Shown here in pieces: positions 21,606 through 30,663 of a DNA stretch of 64,000 bases (its first letter is position 1; each line of letters starts with the position of its first letter). A program made the position numbers and the translations under genes. The stretch comes from Pseudomonadota bacterium. Its GTDB lineage: Bacteria; Bdellovibrionota_C; UBA2361; OMII01. Under the pieces are notes generated by a model. It did not search any database and was not told the DNA's origin. It was given only the letters and a program-made list of their open reading frames with translations. The stretch lies in NCBI GenBank assembly GCA_038134595.1, contig JAYPVM010000006.1, positions 32,001-96,000 of the forward strand, read 5' to 3'.

Positions 21606-23024
21606 CTACTCTTCGACTGCCAGCAAAGATTCACTAAACGGGGGGCGCAATAGGCGGCTGCGGGCAACTTTGGCTGTCTGTGCCAACGTAGGATGAGTTT
21701 TTTCCAAGCGTGTAAGCTGGTTTAAGTGATCCGCTGTCTGGCCGATTAACCTCGCAACATCTCCATCTGCAACGCCTGACAATCGCAACAATCCGGCAAA
21801 TTCTGGCCACGTTTCAGAATCCATCCACGTTATTACAGTCAGTGCAGCATCCGGTAATACTGCAACCTCTGCTAGACCTGGCCCTTTGTAATTTTCACGA
21901 ACAGAGTCGACAATACCCTGAAGAGATTTAAACGATTCGGATTTAATGGGGTTTCTCTTCAATTGAAAATATGGGCGATGTGGGTCCCCAGCGATGCTGG
22001 CCACAAGACCCACGATCTCATACATCGGACTTTCATCAAAAAGCCCCTGAGAGATAGACTCAGCCAATTCCAGAACAAGGCTCGTACACAACTCGGCGGC
22101 CCAACCGCCTTTTTCTGTTAAACTGCCACCCTCCACAAATCCCAGTGCCCGCAAACCATCGAGAGAGAGCGCTAGAGACGTCTCCTGTTTTTTTTCCAAT
22201 TCATCCGCTTCTCGCAGCAGGCGACGAACCCTCTTTTCTCCCCTCTTCAGGGCCTCCGATCCACGTCCTTGACGCTGCTCTAGCGTCTCTTGCTGTGTTA
22301 GGGCTTGTTCGCGAAGCTCACTAGCACCCTTTCGATCAAGAAAAGCACCCAGGCTCCGCGCAACGGTGAACTCCAAATCGTCTACGTTCCTATACTTCAA
22401 CAGGTTTAGCACAGTCGATGGCGCTGCAAAATACTGCGAGCGCAAGGGTTCGGGTGGTCGCTTCGACACCTCCAGCAATACGCGCGCATCCGAAAATCTA
22501 CTCGGAGTAATCACACATACTCCAACTGCGTCTTTACCGCGTCGTCCTGCTCGACCCGACATCTGTTGAAACTCCGCAGAGGATAAAACACTAAACCCCT
22601 CCGAACCCCGACGACTATGGGCTGTCACAACAGCTGTTCTCGCTGGAAAATCAACGCCTGCCGCGACAGTACCCGTAGCGACCATGAGACGTAACAAACC
22701 TCGAGACATCACCTCCTCAAGGAGTAGCCTCCATATCAACAACTGCCCCGCATGGTGCGCCCCAACGCCCGTTGCTATGAGCGCATCGTATTGAGGATAG
22801 CCAGTAATGAACTGTTCCTCGAATTGATATTTTTTAATGACAGCCTGAACTTCTTCGCGCAATGTCTCCTGAGCTGAAGCGGGCAAATGCATCTTAGCAT
22901 CTCGTTGTATTGCCTCCACATCCGCATCACACTGCTTTCGTGCGGTTCGAAACAAAATTGCTGGCAACAAGCTATCTCTCTCGAGTTCTCGAAGGATTAT
23001 ATGGACCGGAAAATCACCAAACAC
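21606..23024 (-). CDS. Ski2/HelY-like SF2 RNA helicase, C-terminal half (RecA2 plus helical domains)
   Basis: LLPAILF..RKQCD, GVGAHHAG, ATGTVAAGVDFPARTAV and QMSGRAGRRGKD (motifs IV-VI); GTG start with GGAGG 5 nt upstream. Confidence 0.88.
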   Translation of the reverse strand: MFGDFPVHIILRELERDSLLPAILFRTARKQCDADVEAIQRDAKMHLPASAQETLREEVQAVIKKYQFEEQFITGYPQYDALIATGVGAHHAGQLLIWRLLLEEVMSRGLLRLMVATGTVAAGVDFPARTAVVTAHSRRGSEGFSVLSSAEFQQMSGRAGRRGKDAVGVCVITPSRFSDARVLLEVSKRPPEPLRSQYFAAPSTVLNLLKYRNVDDLEFTVARSLGAFLDRKGASELREQALTQQETLEQRQGRGSEALKRGEKRVRRLLREADELEKKQETSLALSLDGLRALGFVEGGSLTEKGGWAAELCTSLVLELAESISQGLFDESPMYEIVGLVASIAGDPHRPYFQLKRNPIKSESFKSLQGIVDSVRENYKGPGLAEVAVLPDAALTVITWMDSETWPEFAGLLRLSGVADGDVARLIGQTADHLNQLTRLEKTHPTLAQTAKVARSRLLRPPFSESLLAVEE

Positions 23025-23026
23025 AA

Positions 23027-23863
23027 CTACCTCCGTCGCCTACCATGTGGCCTACTCCTCGAACGCCCCTTACGTGTCTTCCGTCCGTCCCGTTCTGCCC
23101 CGCCTCGACCGCCAGACATAGATCTCCCTCTCACTCGCATACCAGATTCATCCAGCTTCGCCGAACCATAGTATTGAGCAACTTCAGGTAAGATGTGGCC
23201 TTTTTCATCACTAAGGGGGATAACTCCATAACGAGGATGTAAGAACGCATATCGCAATTCAACAGGCCGCTCTGTTTTCATGACAATTCTACACTCCCGA
23301 TTTCGAACCTCTTCAATCCAAGCAGCTATCTCCTCGGCATTGGAAATGGAAGCAGACAACATTAACAGCGTCGAATCTCCCGGTGTTAAGATAATACTTT
23401 CCTCCCAAACCGGTCCCCGTTGTGGATCTGCAATATAATGAACTTCATCAAGGATAACCAAAGAGTACTGAGCATGCCCGCGATACAGCTCATTTCTATA
23501 AATCTCTGTGGTCGCAATCACAACATCAGAGTCACCTTCTATTTTTCGATCGCCAGTCAATAATCCTACCGAATATCGAGGTCCAAAAGTTTGCTGAAAC
23601 TCACTATACTTTGTGTTAGAGAGCGCCTTTAAAGGCGTGGTATAGATAGCTCTCTTATTCTGCTCTAAAAGTCGAAACATCGACTCAATTGCAATATAGG
23701 TCTTTCCTGAACCTGTCGGCGCTACAACAAGAGTGTCAATGCCATTGGCGAGATTATCAATAGCTTCCTGCTGAAATGGATCAACTACAAAATCACACTT
23801 CTCGGGAACTCCGATGCCCGACAAAAGTTTTTGTCTCGCTTCCTGAATCGCCTTAAATTTCAT
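23027..23863 (-). CDS. Ski2/HelY-like SF2 RNA helicase, N-terminal half (RecA1 domain)
   Basis: DPFQ (Q motif), APTGSGKT, YTTPLKALSN, TTEIYRN, DEVH, LSAS and ERPVEL motifs; Arg-rich tail. Start placed at ATG 23863. Confidence 0.88.
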   Translation of the reverse strand: MKFKAIQEARQKLLSGIGVPEKCDFVVDPFQQEAIDNLANGIDTLVVAPTGSGKTYIAIESMFRLLEQNKRAIYTTPLKALSNTKYSEFQQTFGPRYSVGLLTGDRKIEGDSDVVIATTEIYRNELYRGHAQYSLVILDEVHYIADPQRGPVWEESIILTPGDSTLLMLSASISNAEEIAAWIEEVRNRECRIVMKTERPVELRYAFLHPRYGVIPLSDEKGHILPEVAQYYGSAKLDESGMRVRGRSMSGGRGGAERDGRKTRKGRSRSRPHGRRRR

Positions 23864-24635
23864 TATTCTCTTCCAAATGCTCAGGGATTTCATAGCGACA
23901 GGACACAAAGCTTCGAACATACGATGGGGCCTGTGTCGACAAATCTTCTATTGATCCATCATAAACTATTTTTCCGTCAAACAACGCCAGAATCCGTTCA
24001 ACCGCGGGCAGTAATCGCCGAAGGTCGTGACTAACTAAAATAGTGGTGGGCTTGTACTCGGCATGCAACTCGACGATTAAATCCATAATCACGCTACTTG
24101 CCACAGGATCGAGTCCGCTGGTCGGATCATCGAGAAGTAAAATCTTAGGTCGCCCGACTAAAGCTCTCGCAAGAGAGACTCGTCGCCGCATTCCTCCACT
24201 AATCTGCCCCGGCATCTTAAATGCCGCACTAGAAAGTCCAACCCTGGCAAGTATTGAAGAGACCTTATCTCGAACAAACTCTCGTTCTTCCCTCGACAAA
24301 TTCGTAGTCGGAACATTACCGGCCACCAATGGAAAGGCTACATTGTCATACACCGACAGTGAATCAAATAACGCCCCTTCCTGGAACATCAGCCCGACAT
24401 CTTGAGAGGAACATCCTCTCGGAAACCCAACTGACCCCACATCTGTATGGCAGGTATGTGCAATTATCTTCAACAACACACTCTTCCCTCCTCCACTAGG
24501 GCCTATTAACCCATTGATAGAAGAGCGCTTAAGCGCAAAGTTTACATCAGATAAAACCGGGACACCTGCAAAGGACCGCGAAAGAGAATTAACCTTTAAC
24601 ACTGATAAAAAACTATCCTCCTCCAAAATCCTCAC
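23853..24635 (-). CDS. ABC transporter ATP-binding protein (MlaF/Mkl-like)
   Basis: GPSGGGKS, FQEGALFDSLSVYDNVAFPL, ISGGMRRRVSLARA and DDPTSGLDP motifs. Confidence 0.9.
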   Translation of the reverse strand: MRILEEDSFLSVLKVNSLSRSFAGVPVLSDVNFALKRSSINGLIGPSGGGKSVLLKIIAHTCHTDVGSVGFPRGCSSQDVGLMFQEGALFDSLSVYDNVAFPLVAGNVPTTNLSREEREFVRDKVSSILARVGLSSAAFKMPGQISGGMRRRVSLARALVGRPKILLLDDPTSGLDPVASSVIMDLIVELHAEYKPTTILVSHDLRRLLPAVERILALFDGKIVYDGSIEDLSTQAPSYVRSFVSCRYEIPEHLEENNEI

Positions 24636-24648
24636 ATAGCCCGTTCGG

Positions 24649-25704
24649 CTACGTACTTATTGCCGCCGACGAAGAAACTCGGCCGATGGAATCATCACAC
24701 ACCCTACCGTTTTCCTCTAGAGCAACAGCTACACTATTCTCTCGGTCGTACTGGTCCCTGATGCGGTGCAAACATTCAATCTGCTCCTCTAAGGAATGAA
24801 GACCTAGCAGGCTCTTTCTCCAGGGAGCTCCCTTACACATCTGCGACACCAATTGCTTAAGCTTGCCTGGACAGGAGCCATCAAGAAAGTCCTCCCTTAA
24901 CAGCTCAATGTACCGAAACAATACCTCAACCATCCGTCGATGATCGTGCCGAAGAGCGCACGGACTCCCGCCAAGTATCTCAGAGAAAACCAAAGGGTTG
25001 TACATACTGGCTCTACCGATAAAAAGTCCGGCCACTCCGCCGCGGAGACGCTCCTGGGCAGAAGTAGCATCTACCACATCTCCGCTCCCCAAGACCGGAA
25101 TGGACACTTCACTGGCTATGTGCTCAACGATATCCCAATCAGCTTCGCCGCGATATAACTGCGCCCGCGTTCTACCGTGAATCGCAAGAGCCTGAACACC
25201 CTCATCCTCTGCCATTATCGCTATTTCAAGAGCATTCCTACTCGCATCATCCCAGCCAGAACGAATCTTAATCGTCAGCGGTATACTAACGTGGGCTCGC
25301 ACCTCTCGAATAACCGCTCTGAGATGCTGCGGTTGACGCATCAATTCACAACCACCACCTTTCTTGACGACCTTCGGTGCGGGACATCCACAATTAATAT
25401 CAATGAGATCTGCACCCATATCCTGAACCATCAGCGCGGCATCTCTCATTCTGGAGACATCGTACCCGAATATCTGCACGCAATACGGTCGTTCCTCCTC
25501 TGCAAAGCGCATCATCTCAAGAGTACGCTTAGAGCCTCTTGTCATTCCTTCGACCGATACGAATTCACTTACCAACAATCCCACCGCTCCTGGGTTTAAT
25601 TCCTTAATCAACCGACGAAATGGTCTCGTTGTTACCCCACTCATGGGCGATAAAACCAAACCAGGCGCGATACAGATATCGCCTACCTTATACGATGGTA
25701 TCAT
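24649..25704 (-). CDS. dusB: tRNA-dihydrouridine synthase (DusB-like)
   Basis: LSPMSGVT, QIFG, DINCGCP, KIRSGWD and IHGRT motifs. Confidence 0.9.
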   Translation of the reverse strand: MIPSYKVGDICIAPGLVLSPMSGVTTRPFRRLIKELNPGAVGLLVSEFVSVEGMTRGSKRTLEMMRFAEEERPYCVQIFGYDVSRMRDAALMVQDMGADLIDINCGCPAPKVVKKGGGCELMRQPQHLRAVIREVRAHVSIPLTIKIRSGWDDASRNALEIAIMAEDEGVQALAIHGRTRAQLYRGEADWDIVEHIASEVSIPVLGSGDVVDATSAQERLRGGVAGLFIGRASMYNPLVFSEILGGSPCALRHDHRRMVEVLFRYIELLREDFLDGSCPGKLKQLVSQMCKGAPWRKSLLGLHSLEEQIECLHRIRDQYDRENSVAVALEENGRVCDDSIGRVSSSAAIST

Positions 25705-27133
25705 TCAAAATCTCCTCAACTCTCTCGGAGAGCGCTTCTATCGAAAAAGGCTTTCTCAGAAACCCGCGCGCTCCATCTTTAAGCATTTTTTCGACGACAT
25801 GCTCCGAACTAAATCCACTCATCACCAATACCGAACTGTCAACCTGACGCTCTCTCATCTCTTCAAAGAGCTTGTCACCAGCCATATCTGGCATAAGGAT
25901 ATCAAGCATCACCAATTCATAGGGTTGCGCCGCTTCGGTGATTCTAGCGAGCCCTTCCTCACCAGAAGACGCCACATCTACAACATATCCCAGGTGAGAT
26001 AAACTTAACGACAAAACATTACGGACTGCATCCTCGTCGTCTATCACTAAAATACGTTGTCCGCTTCCCCTCCGAAGATTTGGTATCCCTACGCTAGCTT
26101 CGGCATGCGCCTTCTCATCTAAGGCGGGCAAAAACACCTTAAACGTTGTCCCCAAGCCCACCTCAGATTGCACTTCAATTAATCCACCAAGCTCAGTAAC
26201 AATCTGACGCACCGTACTCAGCCCAAGCCCAGTTCCACGTCGTTCTTTTGTTGAAAAGTAAGGCTCAAATATCCGCTCAATCAGTTCAGGCGCCATACCG
26301 ACACCAGTATCCTCGACACAAATGGCGATGAAGCGCTTCTCACCATTGAAATGGCTTTGATTTGACGATGGAAAGATCCCTCCCAGGCGAACCCGTATTG
26401 AACCGTTACCATCAATCGCATCTCGAGCGTTTATGATCAGATTTATCAAAATCTGATTCACCTGCGCCTCCGTTGCCATCAGCTTAGGAATCGACTCCAG
26501 CGTTTCAATAGACACCCCTATTCTGGATGGAATCGCACTCTTAAGCAAGGTTAGCACCCCGTTTGAGCTCTGCTCCACATCAACCGGTTTCGGAGATTGC
26601 GATGAGTCCAGTCGAGAAAACATCAATATCTGTTTGACCAGATCTGCCCCCCGCAGAGCCCCATCCTCAATGGCTAAGAGCGACTCGTAGGCATCACCAT
26701 GCGAATCCACTTTGTGCTTCAAAAACGCGACATGCCCAAGCACTCCAGTTAACACATTATTAAAATCATGTGCCACTCCGCCTGCCAACATCCCCAAAGT
26801 TTCAATCCGCTGCTTATGATAATCTTGAACAGCCGTATCGCCCGACTCAGAGCTCGCTTCTACTCGAACCAAGACGCTCTCCTCTGCCCTACATGTCACA
26901 CCACGAACTGTGACAACATCCCCTGAATAGCGATACCAGGAGGTCGAAAATGCACCGTCAATTCTACAATCCTCTCGCAAAGAGGGCCACAATATCCCAA
27001 GTTTGCAGTCGGCGAGTCCCTGTATCGCTACAAGATCTAGAAAGGCCCGATTTGCCACTAGCAAACGAAAATCATGCGACAACACGCATATTGGCTCATC
27101 AAGAGCATCAATTATTTCTTGCGCTAACTTCAT
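25688..27133 (-). CDS. Cytoplasmic hybrid sensor histidine kinase (PAS-HisKA-HATPase-REC, CckA-like architecture)
   Basis: LAGGVAHDFNN, NLIINARDA, DTGVGM, FEPYFSTK..GTGLGL; C-terminal receiver IDDE...LDILMP...KPF. Confidence 0.93.
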   Translation of the reverse strand: MKLAQEIIDALDEPICVLSHDFRLLVANRAFLDLVAIQGLADCKLGILWPSLREDCRIDGAFSTSWYRYSGDVVTVRGVTCRAEESVLVRVEASSESGDTAVQDYHKQRIETLGMLAGGVAHDFNNVLTGVLGHVAFLKHKVDSHGDAYESLLAIEDGALRGADLVKQILMFSRLDSSQSPKPVDVEQSSNGVLTLLKSAIPSRIGVSIETLESIPKLMATEAQVNQILINLIINARDAIDGNGSIRVRLGGIFPSSNQSHFNGEKRFIAICVEDTGVGMAPELIERIFEPYFSTKERRGTGLGLSTVRQIVTELGGLIEVQSEVGLGTTFKVFLPALDEKAHAEASVGIPNLRRGSGQRILVIDDEDAVRNVLSLSLSHLGYVVDVASSGEEGLARITEAAQPYELVMLDILMPDMAGDKLFEEMRERQVDSSVLVMSGFSSEHVVEKMLKDGARGFLRKPFSIEALSERVEEILNDTIV

Positions 27134-27671
27134 GACATTCCTTACTCACTCTGATTGATTTCCGTTAGCCTCGCCGCCGCACCCTCAACACTTTTGAAAT
27201 CAACCGTGTCAAAAAGCTTATTTACTTTGGCGATTATCTATTCTGACCAACGTTCTCTGGCTTGGTAAATCTTACAATACCAATAACTTAGATTCTTGCT
27301 AAGAGAAACATACTATATGTGTACGTTCTGGACATATCATCCCTCTATCCTTCCTCGGGCACTCTTTGACCCCTAGCACTCGGTGCACAAGAAATTCTTT
27401 TGGCTATCTGTTGGTAGATAATTCGATGCAAATCGATTGTTTTTAGATAGTTACCGACCCAAAGCTTGATACACGCCGTATGAATTATCACTAATCAGGC
27501 AATTTTTTATAACAATAAACCAATTTGAGCTTAAAAATAAGGTGCCCCTTACCCTTTGCGTGAATCTCAATAAGCAAGGGAAAAGTGCGCGGCAGTAAAA
27601 ACCGTGCTTGTAACCTATTTTGAATGTGGTAGTTTGTCACTACCGTGTTTTTTTTACGGGAGCCAGTTGTT

Positions 27672-27971
27672 ATGTCTGATTCTGAATCAAACACACTTAC
27701 AGGAACGGTTAAGTGGTTCAATGATGCCAAAGGATTTGGATTTATCGAGCACACGAGCGGAAAAGATGTTTTTGTTCACTACTCGGTAATTACATCCGAA
27801 GGCTTTAAAACCCTCAAGGATGGCGAAACAGTAACGTATGAACTTACTGAAGGGCCTAAGGGTTTTCAAGCTTCACGGGTGGAGAGAACCACTACACAGG
27901 ATTCCTCAAAAGCACAAGAGATTACTATCTCTCTCGCAGAGAGTGAAGAACTCCGCGCGGAAGAAAAGTAG
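27672..27971 (+). CDS. Cold-shock domain protein with acidic C-terminal extension
   Basis: [15 protein letters not shown] (RNP1) and DVFVHYS (RNP2); GGGAG upstream of ATG 27672. Confidence 0.95.
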   Translation: MSDSESNTLTGTVKWFNDAKGFGFIEHTSGKDVFVHYSVITSEGFKTLKDGETVTYELTEGPKGFQASRVERTTTQDSSKAQEITISLAESEELRAEEK

Positions 27972-27985
27972 AAATAGCAGCACCA

Positions 27986-28401
27986 CGCACTCACCGTTTG
28001 AGCGCTTGTGTAGGACCGTTGTAAGTTAGAAACTGTGTCACCTAATGAGTGCGCAGGAAAGCTTATGAGGTATAACCTCGTTCAAATGCCCAAGAGGTAA
28101 GAATGCGTTGTTGTATGGCTACAGCGCTGACTCATATCACTCTCGCGGTCTGACTCATATCACTGTAGCGGTACTAGATGCTAATGTAACCCAAGTTGCT
28201 TATCGAGCAAGTTTTCGTACTGATGGTAGCTGCCTTGCGATGCAGCAACTAGGCGAAAGCTCCTAGCTTAAAGCAGAGCAGCTGAAGAGCCAACCTCAAC
28301 ACCGACCGTTTTTTTGCAGACCACCGACAGCCAAACGACAAGCAACAAGTAACAATCCCTTTATTGCCGCAACTATTGCCAGACAGGCATCGGTGAGGTT
28401 G
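27986..28401 (+). ncRNA. Candidate structured RNA / long 3' UTR downstream of the csp gene
   Basis: Series of stems found by eye and a 15-nt direct repeat in a loop. No family recognised. Confidence 0.45.
28127..28164. repeat. Perfect 15-nt direct repeat CTGACTCATATCACT x2
   Basis: Copies at 28127-28141 and 28150-28164 with an 8-nt spacer. Confidence 0.95.
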
Positions 28402-28413
28402 TCATTTACAACA

Positions 28414-29718
28414 TCACGGAGCTCTAAAATCCTCTCCCTGCCCCAGAGTGCCGACGTCGATATAGCCAGTTCGGCCCTTTCGTGAGCGAATTCGCGCCCA
28501 CCTTCCGTACTTCCCCTCAACTAAGATTTTATCACCAACAAGGAGCTGCCCTAAGACATCTGATGTATCACTCGGCCGTCGGTACACTCTTGTGGCATCC
28601 ACCACAACCATGGAACGGGCTCCAAATGGAGCTGGCCACTGCTGCCCCCCGCTATCATCAGTACTTTGTGGTAATTGAGCTTTTATCATCGTCTTCGAAC
28701 GTTCTCGCTCTACACCGCTACGAAACTCTGAACCTTCAATTGGCCCAGTCGTATTCACCAATTCTTTACCCACAGTCGCAGTCGGGCGTAACGCACTAAC
28801 AATGGGTTGAGGCTTAATTTCAGACTTCGGCTCATTTCGAGATTCCTGTAAAACCGAGCCACCCTGATTGGCATCAACATCTGTTTGTGTCTCTTTATCT
28901 GCACTATCAATGCCGTATTTTACTGCATCAAGGTCACTTATGCCTATGCGCTTAGAAATATCAGGAGGCTCTAACGTCGGTGGAGGCAAATGGCTACTGT
29001 CTTTTTTATCGCTTAAAACAACCAAAGCGCTTCGATTGTCATTTCGAAAAAATCTCGAGACACTCCTCACTGAACCAAACATTACCGATAGAACTGCGAC
29101 ACCCAAGGAAGCCACTACGATGATTCGACTTCGAGTAAGCATCGGCTGACTCGAGGATGAAACGCGATTTTCATCCTGTCTTTTCGAAACATCTGGCAAG
29201 GCCTGTCCAACAGCCGTATCTGTTATACGGCGACCTCCTGCATTCGACAAATCAAATATAATGAGAATCTCATCAAGATCTTGCAAACATAGCTCATCCT
29301 GATTCGATTGCGCCCGTTCTGATATCAGAGATGAGAGCTCAAGTAATGAATGACGCATGCTCTCCATTTCTCCCTGCTGCTGAATCCGTTGGCACAACGA
29401 TCCAAATGAAGAGACGAGTAGCGAAACAGGCATGGAGCTCATCTCCACCTGTCCTCGAAGCCACCAAACTCGGGCTATCGGAAGATCAGTTGCGGCTATA
29501 ACCTTCTCGGCATACTCAATTAACTCTTGCCACTGGCTTTGTTCGGCATACATAGCGAAGTCGTAATCACTTAGATTCTGCGTAACGCCATTCATCTCGC
29601 TTGCCAGTGTTGCCGATGTAGAGACCTCCTCTGATGAGACTGAATATTGCACAGGGGCAAGCAAACCCTCAATTCCGAGGTCAAGTCGACTACTATCTGT
29701 GGCGCTTTTCTTCGACAT
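28414..29718 (-). CDS. Single-pass membrane protein with C-terminal bacterial SH3-like domain
   Basis: TM segment IIVVASLGVAVLSVMFG; low-complexity linker; C-terminal RVYRRPS..SDVLGQL..GDKILV..WARI..GYI. Confidence 0.75.
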   Translation of the reverse strand: MSKKSATDSSRLDLGIEGLLAPVQYSVSSEEVSTSATLASEMNGVTQNLSDYDFAMYAEQSQWQELIEYAEKVIAATDLPIARVWWLRGQVEMSSMPVSLLVSSFGSLCQRIQQQGEMESMRHSLLELSSLISERAQSNQDELCLQDLDEILIIFDLSNAGGRRITDTAVGQALPDVSKRQDENRVSSSSQPMLTRSRIIVVASLGVAVLSVMFGSVRSVSRFFRNDNRSALVVLSDKKDSSHLPPPTLEPPDISKRIGISDLDAVKYGIDSADKETQTDVDANQGGSVLQESRNEPKSEIKPQPIVSALRPTATVGKELVNTTGPIEGSEFRSGVERERSKTMIKAQLPQSTDDSGGQQWPAPFGARSMVVVDATRVYRRPSDTSDVLGQLLVGDKILVEGKYGRWARIRSRKGRTGYIDVGTLGQGEDFRAP

Positions 29719-29982
29719 ATTCGTATAGCAATCAAAGGTAAATTTGCTCGAGCACGACCTATGGAGAATGTATCAAAGGCTTTCTATACTACGAGCACTT
29801 CCTACCGCTATGATACAAGTTCTTCCGGCGCTACTAAACAAGCTTGGTCTTTTATGAGCGACTTGTTCCTAGAGAATACGGCAAAAAATAGCTTGCCCGC
29901 CTGCAATAAACCTCAGATATCTCAGTCAATGAGATGTATATCTACAAGGTTCTCTAGCGAAGAATGCCCTTATTTAAAAGGC

Positions 29983-29998
29983 GTATCTAATTAGATAC
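29983..29998. promoter_or_regulatory. Perfect 16-bp palindrome, putative operator
   Basis: GTATCTAATTAGATAC in a ~950-nt divergent intergenic region. Confidence 0.45.
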
Positions 29999-30663
29999 AC
30001 TGATAATAATGACCTGCAAACAACAAAATAACGACTCAATATTCATAGACACCTAATCACTATTATAACGTACAGGGAAAGCCAACTAAGGCAAAAAACA
30101 CAAAACTAACGCCTACCAAAGGCTCTGCCGCCCCTCCCAAGAAAATACGGTATGAAACAAGCAGTATACCCATGTAAAACCACACTCAAAACAGTCTCTA
30201 TTGAAAAGTGCTGCAAACAAAACCGACTTAAATAGAGAGAACAACTCTTATAATCAGCACTTTACAGACATATCAGCCCAGCAAAATAGAGCTAGTATCT
30301 CGACCCCAATCACAAAACAAGTCAACATCACCTTCTAACTTGATAATATTGGCTGGTGAATTTCCTACATTTCATACCACGCGGTAAAAAAATACTTTAC
30401 GATCTAAGAATTAGATACGACTGTATTTGTAGGATAGAAATAATCTAGCCTGGGCAGATATGTCCCAGAACATTAGATAGAGGCGAACCGCTCAAGCTCT
30501 CTGTCCCGTGCCTGCGAAAAGCAATGTTAGTTGATAACTAACCACGCAACGCGCTTTATGGTAACAAAAGCTAGATATTCTAACTTTAGTTGTTATTAGA
30601 ATTGCACCACGAAACAGTGAGGATCAAGAATTTTTAGCACCCCAAAAGATAATACAAATACAG

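Noticed and set aside
28127..28164. Mini CRISPR array
   Set aside because: Only two 15-nt repeats with an 8-nt spacer and no cas genes.
28252..28291. Hammerhead-like core GGC-GAAA-GCT-CCT-AGC-TT...CTGAAGA-GCC (type II order)
   Set aside because: The segment that must form stem I (AAAGCAGAGCAG) cannot pair and stem II is only 3 bp; a competing fold uses the same bases. A co-transcriptional cleavage assay would settle it.
29647..29994. 115-aa ORF, and similar intergenic ORFs 7906-8160, 19017-19232, 34483-34899, 44528-44737, 63506-63811
   Set aside because: No recognisable domain or convincing ribosome-binding site; several overlap better-supported features.
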